From NCBI RefSeq assembly GCF_020969955.1, contig NZ_JAHDSX010000025.1:2883-34882 (forward strand): a stretch of DNA of 32,000 bases, written 5' to 3'. Of this stretch, positions 14,193 to 23,536 are shown piece by piece. Each line of letters begins with the position of its first letter. Position 1 is the first letter of the stretch. The DNA comes from Allobaculum fili. Lineage in GTDB: Bacteria > Bacillota_I > Bacilli_A > Erysipelotrichales > Erysipelotrichaceae. The translations under genes and the position numbers were made by a program. The notes below the pieces were generated by a model. That model had not been told where the DNA came from. It saw only the letters and a list, made by a program, of their open reading frames with translations, and made no database searches.

Positions 14193-14912
14193 ATGGCTTT
14201 GCTCGAAGTTAAAAATCTCCATGTTCACTATGGCGTAATCGAAGCGCTTAAAGGCGTTTCCATTTCCGTTGAACCCGGACAGATCGTTACGCTGATCGGC
14301 TCCAACGGCGCCGGCAAGACTTCGCTTCTGCAGGCCATTTCCGGCATCGTGAAAAAGAGCGAAGGCGATGTCATCTTCAAGGATGAGTCCATTTACAAAG
14401 CCAAACCGCGCCATATCGTGTCCAACGGACTGGTGCAGGTTCCGGAAGGCCGCCACGTCTTCCCGGGTCTGAGCGTGTATGAAAACCTGATGATGGGCGC
14501 CTATCTGCGCAAGGACAAGAAGGGCATCGCCGAAGATCTGCAGAAAGTCTACGAACGCTTCCCGATTCTCGAAAAACGTAAAAACCAGGATGCGTCGACG
14601 CTTTCCGGCGGCGAACAGCAGATGCTCGCCATGGGCCGCGCCCTGATGGCCAGACCGCAGCTGCTTCTGCTCGATGAGCCGTCCATGGGTCTGGCTCCGA
14701 TTCTCGTCAAGGAAATCTTCAATATTATTCAGGATATCCAGAAGACGGGAACGACGATTCTGCTCGTTGAACAGAACGCCCGCATGGCTCTTTCCATTGC
14801 GGACTATGCCTATGTACTGGAAACCGGGAAAATTTCCCTGCAGGGACCGGCCAGCGAACTGGCACAGTCTGAAGACGTCAAGAACGCCTATCTGGGCGGA
14901 AGCGCGTCCTGA
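14193..14912 (+). CDS. livF: branched-chain amino acid ABC transporter ATP-binding protein (LivF type)
   Basis: Walker A GSNGAGKTS, signature LSGGEQQML and Walker B LLLLDEPSMGL are present. Confidence 0.92.
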   Translation: MALLEVKNLHVHYGVIEALKGVSISVEPGQIVTLIGSNGAGKTSLLQAISGIVKKSEGDVIFKDESIYKAKPRHIVSNGLVQVPEGRHVFPGLSVYENLMMGAYLRKDKKGIAEDLQKVYERFPILEKRKNQDASTLSGGEQQMLAMGRALMARPQLLLLDEPSMGLAPILVKEIFNIIQDIQKTGTTILLVEQNARMALSIADYAYVLETGKISLQGPASELAQSEDVKNAYLGGSAS

Positions 14913-14932
14913 TCGGCGCAAAGGAGACCACT

Positions 14933-15583
14933 ATGTTTCGCGTATACAACTTTATGACGAAAAATCCCATCACGGTCGGCAGCGACGAAAAGATTTCCGC
15001 CGCGCTCGACCTGATGCGCTACAACAAGATTCACCGCATTCCGGTCACCGATGAAAACGATCATCTGATCGGTCTGATTACCGAAGGCATGATCGCCGCC
15101 AATAACAAGGCGACCAGCCTCAGTATTTACGAACTCAACTATCTGCTGTCCAAAACCGATGTTCGCACCGTCATGATCAAGCACCCGATTTCCATCGGCG
15201 AAAACGCGCTGCTCGAAGAAGCGGCCGAAAAGCTGCTCAAAAACGACATCGGCTGCCTGCCGGTCGTGAACGACAAGGATCAGGTGACGGGCATTCTGAC
15301 CCAGAACGACATTTTCAAGGCGTTCCTCGACATGCTTTCCTGGGGACAGAAAGGCACCCGCATCATTCTGTCCTTGCCCGAAGGCGTAGGCGTTCTCGAA
15401 AAAGTCAGCCGCATTTTTGCGCAGAACAACATTTCGGTAACATCCATCAGCGTGTACGAACACGGCCAGGAAAACGCGGAAGTGCTCGTTAAGACAACGG
15501 GCCCGTTCGATCAGAAACGAATGACTGAGCAGTTTTCCAAGGAAGGCTTTACCGTACTCGACATCGAAGAAGTCGAAGCGTAA
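14933..15583 (+). CDS. CBS-pair plus ACT domain protein (AcuB-like)
   Basis: Two CBS repeats are visible (MTKNPITV...IHRIPVTDENDHLIGLITE and VMIKHPISI...IGCLPVVNDKDQVTGILTQNDI), followed by a C-terminal ACT-like segment. The 216-aa length is close to Bacillus AcuB. AAAGGAG RBS lies 20 nt after the livF stop with no terminator in between. Confidence 0.75.
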   Translation: MFRVYNFMTKNPITVGSDEKISAALDLMRYNKIHRIPVTDENDHLIGLITEGMIAANNKATSLSIYELNYLLSKTDVRTVMIKHPISIGENALLEEAAEKLLKNDIGCLPVVNDKDQVTGILTQNDIFKAFLDMLSWGQKGTRIILSLPEGVGVLEKVSRIFAQNNISVTSISVYEHGQENAEVLVKTTGPFDQKRMTEQFSKEGFTVLDIEEVEA

Positions 15584-15633
15584 TTCAGAAGTTCTTCCTT
15601 ATACGATTGAAGCGATACGATTTATGCAGTCTG

Positions 15634-15659
15634 GGACCGGAGAAATCCGGTCCTTTTTT
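15634..15659 (+). terminator. intrinsic terminator ending the liv-CBS operon
   Basis: ggaccgg (15634-15640) pairs with ccggtcc (15647-15653), followed by TTTTTT. Confidence 0.8.
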
Positions 15660-15777
15660 CACGCATGCGCTTCTGGGGACCTGAAAGGACGGCCGGGTAT
15701 GAGGCGCAGGCAAGGCAAACCCTGCATACGGCCGCTATACTGAAACCGAAAAATACCGCAAAGAAAGAAGGAAAACT

Positions 15778-17073
15778 ATGGCTGAATCCACCAATCCAAA
15801 TCTCAGTAAGCAGATGATTTATTCCGTATTCGTACGCAACCATTCCAGAGAAGGAACCTTTGCGAAAGTCGAAGAAGATCTCGACCGCATCCGCGATCTG
15901 GGAACCGATATTCTCTGGCTCATGCCGATTCACCCGACGGGTAAAGTCGAGCGCAAAGGCGAGGACGGAAGTCCCTACGCGATTGCCGACTACTGGAAAA
16001 TCGATCCGAAAATGGGAACGGAAGAGGATCTGAAACATCTGGTGCAGAGCGCGCATGAAAAAGGCATGAAAGTCATTCTCGATATTGTCTTCAACCACAC
16101 TTCGCCCGATTCGAAAATGGTCCAGGAATATCCCGAATGGTTTTACCGCGATGAAGACGGCAAGCCGTATCCGATGTTCCGGGAATGGAGCGATATCGTC
16201 GATCTCGACTTTTCGAGCAAAGCGCTTCAGGAGGAACTCATTCGAATTCTGAAGCATTACGCTTCGATCGTGGACGGCTTTCGCTGCGATGTCGCCAGCC
16301 GCGTACCGGCCAGTTTCTGGAAAAAAGCCAGAGCGGCCTGCGACACAGTAAAGCCGGATTTGTTCTGGCTGGCGGAAAGCTGTCATCTTCCCTTTATTAA
16401 GTTCTGCCGTGACAATGGCCGCGTCGGCGAAAGCGATTCGGCGCTGTATGAAGCGTTCGATGTGCTCTATGACTACGACGCCTTCCCGTACTGCGAGAAA
16501 ATTTTTGAAGACGGCAAGCCGATGGAAGAATGGGTCGACGCGCTGATCCGTCAGGATGCCGAGCTTCCACAAAACGCCATCAAGCTGCGCTATCTGGAAA
16601 ACCACGATACCGACCGGATCAGTCAGTACGTAAAGGACTGGCCGCTCTGGAAAAACTGGACGGCGCTGCAGTTTACGCTCAAAGGCATGCCGCTCGTTTA
16701 CCATGGTCAGGAAATTCGAACAAGTCATCGTCCGGACATTTTTACTGCCGATCCGATCGCATGGAAAGAAGACGATGCGGCAGCAGACTGGATTCGAACG
16801 CTGGCGCATCTGCACAAAACGCTGTTCTCGGCGCAGCCGGTCATCGACTATGAAATCGATGAAACACATCCTGTTCTGCGCATCAGCCGGGACGGTTATG
16901 CGGGTGCCTTCCTGCTCGCAAAAACCGAGCCGGATGCTCTGATTTCGACGAACCTGAAAGACGGCGTATGGTACAACCTCTTTACCGGAACCGACTTTGA
17001 AGTGGCCGATCACCATATGAAAGCCGCGGATTTCCCGGTTCTCGTACAGATGGAAGACGAAGTCAAAGACTGA
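15778..17073 (+). CDS. GH13 alpha-amylase family glycoside hydrolase, cytoplasmic
   Basis: All four GH13 conserved regions are present: DIVFNHTS, GFRCDVAS, FWLAES and YLENHDTDR. There is no signal peptide, and the protein is 431 aa. Confidence 0.85.
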   Translation: MAESTNPNLSKQMIYSVFVRNHSREGTFAKVEEDLDRIRDLGTDILWLMPIHPTGKVERKGEDGSPYAIADYWKIDPKMGTEEDLKHLVQSAHEKGMKVILDIVFNHTSPDSKMVQEYPEWFYRDEDGKPYPMFREWSDIVDLDFSSKALQEELIRILKHYASIVDGFRCDVASRVPASFWKKARAACDTVKPDLFWLAESCHLPFIKFCRDNGRVGESDSALYEAFDVLYDYDAFPYCEKIFEDGKPMEEWVDALIRQDAELPQNAIKLRYLENHDTDRISQYVKDWPLWKNWTALQFTLKGMPLVYHGQEIRTSHRPDIFTADPIAWKEDDAAADWIRTLAHLHKTLFSAQPVIDYEIDETHPVLRISRDGYAGAFLLAKTEPDALISTNLKDGVWYNLFTGTDFEVADHHMKAADFPVLVQMEDEVKD

Positions 17074-17200
17074 CCTGAGGAAAAGCAGAAGCAAATCGCA
17101 GAGCGTGAAAACGGGAAACGCACTGAAAACAAGTCCTGCAATCCCGCTTTTGCACACAATCCGTATACGCATCCGAATAAAACGTTAAGAAACAAAAAAA

Positions 17201-17260
17201 CGCTCGTCGGCCGCAGGGGACTGTATGAAAATACAGACAGCTGCGCCGACGGGCGGTTTT
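17201..17260. terminator. bidirectional terminator between the convergent amylase and SMI1 genes
   Basis: cgctcgtcggc (17201-17211) pairs with gccgacgggcg (17245-17255) with one G-U pair. An inner hairpin ctgtat/atacag is present. An A7 run lies upstream (T7 on the minus strand) and TTTT downstream. Confidence 0.55.
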
Positions 17261-17301
17261 CTTATGGCTTTGTGTGTTATGCATTCGATCGCAGAAAAAG
17301 G

Positions 17302-17790
17302 TTACGATCTGCGCCGCTTTTTGCGGATGCGTCTGGAGAGATCCTGATCCGCACTGCTGGAGCCGGCGCACTGCGCCTGTTCAAGCATCTTAAAGAAGGA
17401 CTCGATATCGCTGGCGATTTCCTTCTTCTTGGACGGCCTCTCCAGCGGCAGCAGAACGATCGATCCCGTACTGGTGTCGAGGAAAAAGTCATCGTCCGTA
17501 TCGCTTAAAGCGAGCGGAAAATACGTATCGGGAATGAGATTGCCCATCGAGTACAAGTCGAGAATATGATCGGCTGACATATTTCCGGTAAATAAAGGAA
17601 TGAAATGATCGACGACATACGTATGGCCGTCTACCTCCAGAGGGGTATGGAACATACTCATACCGTTGCACGTGCGGTAGAAGTCCTTGAGGGCGCCGGG
17701 AAGACACAGATTATAGCGGTCTTCAAATTCCAGGAGCATTTCTTCCGAGAAAGGTAAAGGGTCCTGGCCGGGGGTGAGGAATGAATACAT
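17302..17790 (-). CDS. SMI1/KNR4 (SUKH-1) family protein, immunity-protein-like
   Basis: FEDRYNLCLPGALKDFYRTCNGM is the typical SMI1_KNR4 N-terminal signature. I chose the start at M26 of the ORF-track ORF (cat at 17788-17790), with GGAGG (complement of 17801-17805) as RBS. Confidence 0.7.
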   Translation of the reverse strand: MYSFLTPGQDPLPFSEEMLLEFEDRYNLCLPGALKDFYRTCNGMSMFHTPLEVDGHTYVVDHFIPLFTGNMSADHILDLYSMGNLIPDTYFPLALSDTDDDFFLDTSTGSIVLLPLERPSKKKEIASDIESFFKMLEQAQCAGSSSADQDLSRRIRKKRRRS

Positions 17791-18008
17791 GAGGTATACA
17801 CCTCCTTTTCTCAAGTATAGGCGCCATAGGGACCTCTCATTTCGTCGCCGGAGCGAAATTATCAAACCTTAATGGGAAAAAAGAATATAAACAAAGGCCG
17901 CCTAAAGATCCAAAACCATTATGGAGAAAATGAATAGAATGTAACAATTTACATTTCCAGCTCAAAACCGCGCGCAAACGGTCAGAGCGGATCGCGACGG
18001 CAGACCAA

Positions 18009-18037
18009 AGAAAAAGCAGGCGAAAGCATCCGCCTGC
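18009..18037 (-). terminator. intrinsic terminator after the lipoprotein gene (minus strand)
   Basis: gcaggcg (18016-18022) pairs with cgcctgc (18031-18037). AAAAA at 18011-18015 gives the U-run on the minus strand. Confidence 0.6.
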
Positions 18038-18061
18038 AAATAGAAAAACTGAGTCCTGGTT

Positions 18062-18781
18062 TTACTGGACGGGCCAGGAAGCGAGATCCGAAGGGAAGTC
18101 GATTTGAACGGTTCCGCCGACCTGATCGATTTCGATATCGGCCTGGAAGGTAAGCGGCGTGCTGGCCACGTCGATGTCATACGTTCCCTTGAGGTCGATC
18201 GACAGTTCCCTGATCGTCTTGTTTTCGATCTCGACTTCAAGGACGGTTTTGTCTACGTCGACCGCGCCATAGGAATCCAGAAATTTGGCGACTTCCGAAG
18301 GTTTGAGCACAAAGGTGTATTCATTGCCCTCCACTTTTACGGATTCGAAGAGGTTTTCCCGCTCGCTGCGGGAAAGTTCCAGAAACGGGTTGGGCATATG
18401 GAAACCGTCTTCTTCGTTAATACCGAGATTTGCGGCGAGAGAAGACGATTTGGTTCCGGCATAATTAAGATACGTGTGACCGTCACGAATATAAAAATCG
18501 GCGTCCACGCTCTGTCCGGCCACGCTGCCTTTTCCGAGAAAAGCCAGTTCAGCCGGCTGGCTTTGATACGCAGCGTTGAAATCCAGATCGACGCCCAGAA
18601 GATTCATATCCCCGTGGGCTTTGAGCGAATCGGCTTCACAAAGGCGGTTCCAGGATTCGAAAAACAGGTTTACAGCCTCCTTTTTCTGGTCAGCATTGCT
18701 GTTGGAACAGCCGGCAGCCAGAGAAGAAAAGGCGAACAGCGTACAGAGCGCTGTAGTGCGAAATGCGTGTTTTGAGAGCAT
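18062..18781 (-). CDS. hypothetical lipoprotein
   Basis: MLSKHAFRTTALCTLFAFSSLAAGCSN is a signal peptide with lipobox LAAGC. The start is at M16 of the ORF-track ORF, with a GGAGAA RBS. I recognise no family. Confidence 0.7.
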   Translation of the reverse strand: MLSKHAFRTTALCTLFAFSSLAAGCSNSNADQKKEAVNLFFESWNRLCEADSLKAHGDMNLLGVDLDFNAAYQSQPAELAFLGKGSVAGQSVDADFYIRDGHTYLNYAGTKSSSLAANLGINEEDGFHMPNPFLELSRSERENLFESVKVEGNEYTFVLKPSEVAKFLDSYGAVDVDKTVLEVEIENKTIRELSIDLKGTYDIDVASTPLTFQADIEIDQVGGTVQIDFPSDLASWPVQ

Positions 18782-19279
18782 GCGTTCTCCTTTCAAAAGA
18801 AATTGGACCGGTCTGCATCGACTCAAATCAGAAGGAAGAGCAGAGCGGCAGGGTTATTAAGCGGGAAACAGGCGGCAAAGAATGTCCGCCTGACAAAATG
18901 CAGAAAAGCAGCAATAAGAAATAGCAATAAGAAATAGAAATAAAAATAGAAATAAGAAATCAAGGATATACTGTCCGGTTTTCGTCTTTTCCGGATTGTT
19001 TTCAGAAAAGGGAACCGGCGCAACAACAGAATATTCAGAAATTCGAAAAAAATACAGGCAGATTCACGGATCTGTCGAAGCCAGAGACGAAAGTGCTTTG
19101 CGGTTTTCGATACAATAGTCTGAAAGCAAACCATACAGATTGAATGACGATCGATCCGCCACGGTTTATAAATCCTATCTATGCAGGTACTCTATAAATC
19201 GTCAGCCCATGCGGACGGCTAAACCGTCGAAAAAGAAAAAAACAGAAAAGGGCATCTATAGAAACAGGGAGGAACCTCT

Positions 19280-19849
19280 ATGATCCTGATTGAACGCGCC
19301 AGCACGATGAATGAAAAGCAGCAGAAGGCTCTGCTCAAAGCTCTGGGAAACCATTCGTATTCCTGGATCCCGGACGGATCCGACGAAAAGACGATGCGCG
19401 ATCTGCTGCAGGCGGCCGAGGCGTCCCCCTGTACCAGCGTCGATGCGCCAAGTGACACGCATGCCGATTCCAGCACAGACGAAGCTGCTTCGGACGCGCT
19501 GACGATTCTGTATCTGGACGGTTTCGATCACGATGCCGTGTTTACTTTGTACGACAAGCTGAATCAGGCGCAGATCGGTCCGTTTGAATGTGCGACAGCG
19601 ACCGAAAACAATCTGTACTGGACGCTGGCTGCCCTGAAAAAGGAAATGTTAGCGGAAGCGGATTACATGCGAAAGTACGGCGAGCTCAAAGAGCGGCTTT
19701 CCACGATCGATCTGCTGCGCATGCAGAAAGATCCGACCTACCAGAAATTCATTTTCATGGTCATGTCCATGGAGAAGGAAGAAGAAATCGATCCGGTTGC
19801 TCTGGAATGGATGCTTTATAAATTTAAGGAATTCGACGCGTCCAGATAG
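19280..19849 (+). CDS. hypothetical protein, possibly DUF3783-like
   Basis: GGGAGG RBS at 19266-19271. The segment ILYLDGFDHDAVFTLYDKLNQAQIGPFECATATENNLYWTLAALKKEMLAE resembles my memory of the DUF3783 pattern (T..N..WTL..L..E). The family call is tentative. Confidence 0.55.
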   Translation: MILIERASTMNEKQQKALLKALGNHSYSWIPDGSDEKTMRDLLQAAEASPCTSVDAPSDTHADSSTDEAASDALTILYLDGFDHDAVFTLYDKLNQAQIGPFECATATENNLYWTLAALKKEMLAEADYMRKYGELKERLSTIDLLRMQKDPTYQKFIFMVMSMEKEEEIDPVALEWMLYKFKEFDASR

Positions 19850-19995
19850 AGGATGCGTGACTGAGATTAAAAACGACGAAATGGAAACCAAAGAATTTCC
19901 AAAGAAAGCCCGCGAAAGAGGATGCTTTCAAAATCTGTATCGCGAAATAAACCGTCCTGAGTGCAGGAAGGCACGGCGAAGTAAAGGAGCTTGTT

Positions 19996-21369
19996 ATGCA
20001 GATCATCATTGCAGGTCTTGGAAAAGTCGGAATGTGCCTGACTGGCGAACTTTCGGCGGAAGGGCATGACCTGACAGTTGTGGATACAAAGCCGGAGCAG
20101 GTGCGCAAGGCGACGTCCAAATTCGACATCATGGGATTCAGCGGAAACGCCGCGGATCCGGATACGCTGGCGGAACTCGATGTGGCCGACGCGGATCTGT
20201 TTATCGCGGTGACGACGCAGGATGAAGTCAATCTTCTTTCCTGTCTGCTCGCCAAACGGGCCGGCTGTTCCAAAACGATTGCCCGCGTTCGCAATCCGGA
20301 ATACAGCTCGTCCATGGACTATCTCAAGGAAGCGCTGGGCCTGGAAATGATCATCAACCCGGAACTGCTGGCCGCCAAGGAAATCGAACGCGTTCTCTCG
20401 CTTCCCGGCGCGATGAATGTCGATGACTTTACGAGCGGTCATGGCGAAATTCTGAAACTGCGCATTCAGCCGGGATCCTGTCTGGACGGCTTGCGCGTTA
20501 AGGAAATTCATTCCCACATTCACGCCGAAGTGCTCGTCTGCATCTGCCAGCGCGGCAAGGAAACGTACATTCCGGACGGCGACTTTGTTTTGCACGCGCG
20601 CGATCTTCTGTATATAGCCGGTGCCCGCGCGCAGTCCGTCAAGTTCTTTTCAAGCGCCGGTCTTCCGGTCGGCGGCATCCGTCATGTGATGGCGGTCGGT
20701 GCCGGCAAGCTGTCTCACTATCTGATCGAGCTGCTCGAACGTGCGGGCATTGAAACGACAATTATCGATAAGGATCTCGACGCCTGCGAGCGCATGACCG
20801 TTCTGTATCCGGATACGGTCGTCATTCACGCGGACGCCTCGAGCCAGAACGTGCTGCTCGAAGAAGGTCTGGAGGAAATGGACGCCTTTATCGCCATGAC
20901 CGGCGTGGATGAGCAGAACGTCTTTCTCAGCCTGTTCGCCCAGCGCAAGGCGGATCTGAAAACCGTAACGAAAGTCACCCATATTGATATGGATGAACTG
21001 TTTGAAGACTTTGAACTGGATACGGTCATCAACCCGAAGACGCTCAGCGCGGAATACATCATTCGCCACGTGCGTGCGCTGGCCAATTCCATGGGCTCCA
21101 ATATCCGGACGGTGCACCGTCTGGCCAGCGATCAGGCGGAAGCGCTGGAATTCCAGATCCGGGAAGGATCGAAAGTCATCGGCGTGCCCCTGATGCGTCT
21201 GGCGCTCAAAAGCGGGGTGCTGATCGCGCTTATTGAGCGAAAGGGCATGCTCATTCTGCCGCGCGGAAACGATGTCATTTTGCCCGGCGACCTGGTCGTG
21301 GTCATTACCAACCGTAAAGGCTTTACGGATGTGGACGACATTCTGGAAGGGAAGAAGAGAATCCTATGA
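19996..21369 (+). CDS. trkA: Trk potassium uptake system NAD-binding subunit TrkA
   Basis: Two RCK_N/RCK_C repeats are present. The Rossmann motifs are MQIIIAGLGKVGMCL and VMAVGAGKLSHYL. The protein is 457 aa. Confidence 0.92.
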   Translation: MQIIIAGLGKVGMCLTGELSAEGHDLTVVDTKPEQVRKATSKFDIMGFSGNAADPDTLAELDVADADLFIAVTTQDEVNLLSCLLAKRAGCSKTIARVRNPEYSSSMDYLKEALGLEMIINPELLAAKEIERVLSLPGAMNVDDFTSGHGEILKLRIQPGSCLDGLRVKEIHSHIHAEVLVCICQRGKETYIPDGDFVLHARDLLYIAGARAQSVKFFSSAGLPVGGIRHVMAVGAGKLSHYLIELLERAGIETTIIDKDLDACERMTVLYPDTVVIHADASSQNVLLEEGLEEMDAFIAMTGVDEQNVFLSLFAQRKADLKTVTKVTHIDMDELFEDFELDTVINPKTLSAEYIIRHVRALANSMGSNIRTVHRLASDQAEALEFQIREGSKVIGVPLMRLALKSGVLIALIERKGMLILPRGNDVILPGDLVVVITNRKGFTDVDDILEGKKRIL

Positions 21370-23015
21370 ACCTGTTTGTCATTGCCTACGTACTTGGACA
21401 GGTGTGCAAGTTTGAAGCGGGCTTCATGCTTCTGCCCATGGTCTGCGCCCTGTGCTACAGCGAATATTCCATCGCGCTCATTTTCTTTCTGTGCGCCCTG
21501 CTGTGTCTGACGGTCGGCTTTTTCCTGACGCTTAAAAAGCCGGAACACATGCGCATACGGCCGAAGGAAGCCATGGCGGCAACCGCCCTTTCCTGGGTCG
21601 TGATTTCCGTTCTGGGCTGTCTGCCCTTCATGATCTCGGGCGAGATTCCCCGGTTTGCGGACGCGTTTTTTGAAACGGTCTCCGGGTTTACCACCACGGG
21701 ATCGAGCATTTTAAGCGATATCGACGCGATGTCCTGCGGCAGCCGCTTCTGGCGTTCGTTTACGCACTGGATCGGCGGCATGGGCGTTCTCGTCTTTGTG
21801 CTGGCCATTCTGCCTTCGACGAGCAGCACGTTCATGAACCTGATGGTTGCCGAATCGCCGGGTCCCTCGGTGTCCAAGCTGGTGCCGAAAGTCCGGCAGA
21901 CAGCCAAGTATCTGTACACCATTTATCTGACGATGACGATCGTACAGATCGTTTTGCTTCTGCTTGCGGGCATGCCGCTGTTCGATTCGATCACCCTGAC
22001 GATGGGAACGGCCGGAACGGGCGGCTTCAGTGTGCGCAGCAGCGGATTTGCGGACTATACGATGCTCCAGCAGGGAATTATCGCGGTGTTCATGGTTCTG
22101 TTTGGCATCAACTTCAGCTTTTATTTCCTGATTGTCCGGAAAAAATTCAAAGCGGCCGTTTCCATGGAAGAAGTTCTGACGTATCTGGCGATCATCCTCG
22201 CGGTCGTGCTGCTCATCGTGACATCGGTATGGTGGATGTTCCCAAATCTGTTTGAAGCGTTCCATCACGTCTTCTTTACCGTCTCGTCGATCATTACGAC
22301 GACCGGCTACGCCACGGTCGATTTCAACCAGTGGACCTCGTTTGCGAAAACGCTCGTCGTTCTGATCATGTTCATCGGCGCCTGCGCCGGATCGACGGGC
22401 GGCGGCATTAAGGTCTCCCGCATTAACGTCATGTTCAAGGGCATTAAAAAGGAACTGCAGATGCTTCTGCATCCCGGCCTGGTGCGCAAGGTCAAAATGG
22501 ATGGCAAGCCGATCCCGCACGAAACGGTTCGTTCCATCAACGTGTTCATCGCCATTTATCTGGTGACGTTTGTCGTGTGCCTCGTTCTTGTAACGCTCGA
22601 CGGCAAGGATCTCGTGACCAGTTTCACCGCGGTAGCCGCTACGCTCAACAATATCGGTCCGGGTCTAGGCGAAGTCGGTCCGATGGGCAATTTTGGCGCG
22701 TTCTCGGATTTTTCCAAGTATGTCCTGAGCTTTGCGATGCTGGCCGGGCGTCTTGAACTCATTCCGCTGCTTCTGCTGCTCATCCCGCAGATGTGGGAAG
22801 GCACGATCAAGCTGACCCGCCGCATTCGCACACAGTCCTCACGCGCGAAAAACCAGGGCTTTCAGCGCGAACCGTCCAGCCCCGAAAAAAGGCTGCGTCC
22901 AAAACCGGAGCCCCGGCGAAAACCGAAAGATCCGGATTTCGAACCGAGTCCGGCGCTTGCACGAAAACAGAGGCCAAGGCGCCTGCGCCTGCTGACCCAG
23001 ACCTCGCTGGAATGA
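21366..23015 (+). CDS. trkH: TrkH-family potassium transporter with a basic, Pro-rich C-terminal extension
   Basis: The protein is polytopic, with repeated pore-loop-like GFTTTGS, MGTAGTGGF, TTTGYAT and GSTGGGIKV segments. An ATGA overlap links it to trkA. The last ~65 aa (RRIRTQSSRAKNQ...RRKPKDPDFEP...) lie beyond the usual TrkH end. Confidence 0.9.
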   Translation: MNLFVIAYVLGQVCKFEAGFMLLPMVCALCYSEYSIALIFFLCALLCLTVGFFLTLKKPEHMRIRPKEAMAATALSWVVISVLGCLPFMISGEIPRFADAFFETVSGFTTTGSSILSDIDAMSCGSRFWRSFTHWIGGMGVLVFVLAILPSTSSTFMNLMVAESPGPSVSKLVPKVRQTAKYLYTIYLTMTIVQIVLLLLAGMPLFDSITLTMGTAGTGGFSVRSSGFADYTMLQQGIIAVFMVLFGINFSFYFLIVRKKFKAAVSMEEVLTYLAIILAVVLLIVTSVWWMFPNLFEAFHHVFFTVSSIITTTGYATVDFNQWTSFAKTLVVLIMFIGACAGSTGGGIKVSRINVMFKGIKKELQMLLHPGLVRKVKMDGKPIPHETVRSINVFIAIYLVTFVVCLVLVTLDGKDLVTSFTAVAATLNNIGPGLGEVGPMGNFGAFSDFSKYVLSFAMLAGRLELIPLLLLLIPQMWEGTIKLTRRIRTQSSRAKNQGFQREPSSPEKRLRPKPEPRRKPKDPDFEPSPALARKQRPRRLRLLTQTSLE

Positions 23016-23115
23016 GTACGGGCCAGAACGGAAAAATGGTTTCTTTCTGGCTGTAAGGACGGCTTAGAAAAACGGAGCGGAAAAGTACAGATTTTTCGCA
23101 CAATGAAATTTACGC

Positions 23116-23166
23116 AAAGAAAAAACAGTCCAGGAGCGATTTCGCTTGGAAATCGCTCCTGGACTG
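23116..23166 (-). terminator. perfect 18-bp hairpin with the U-tract on the minus strand
   Basis: cagtccaggagcgatttc (23126-23143) pairs with gaaatcgctcctggactg (23149-23166) around a 5-nt loop. The aaagaaaaaa run at 23116-23125 gives TTTTTTCTTT after the hairpin on the minus strand only. Confidence 0.6.
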
Positions 23167-23434
23167 TCTGCGTCTTAAGTGTTCAGGATTGGCAGATCCT
23201 TTGGAAAAGTCGGGCGTTTTGCGGGCGCTCTGTTCGATTTTTCGGGTATGGACCTTCAGAATAAAGGGAAGTACAGATTCGCAACAGTGCGAAAATACGA
23301 AAAAAGTAAGAAAAGCGGACGATTTCAGGGGCCGCTAAGGGGGCGCGTGCGCTCAAAAAAGGAGGGGTTTCGACTGGTATTAGCATTAAAACTGCCAGAA
23401 TGCAAGAATTTTCAGAATAAAAAAGAACAATCGA

Positions 23435-23463
23435 TTGATAGGCTGGCAAGCTAATAATATTAT
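23435..23463 (+). promoter_or_regulatory. candidate sigma-A promoter for rpoBC
   Basis: TTGATA (23435-23440), a 17-nt spacer and TATTAT (23458-23463) lie about 70 nt upstream of the rpoB start. This rests on pattern only. Confidence 0.45.
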
Positions 23464-23536
23464 AGTAAATTGCTAAATAGTCAATAAACCGAGGGTTTTT
23501 GACTGTTTTTGAAATTCAGAAGAAAGGATCGTGCGC

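Noticed and set aside
18911-18960. An A-rich GAAATA-type short repeat (gcaataagaaata x2, then degenerate copies) in the divergent intergenic region.
   Set aside because: It is a low-complexity AT-rich spacer with no clear periodic structure or associated feature.
23179-23454. A 91-aa plus-strand ORF and an 88-aa minus-strand ORF lie in the rpoB upstream spacer.
   Set aside because: Neither has an RBS or protein-like composition. Only the possibility of a minus-strand transcript is kept, as a low-confidence finding.
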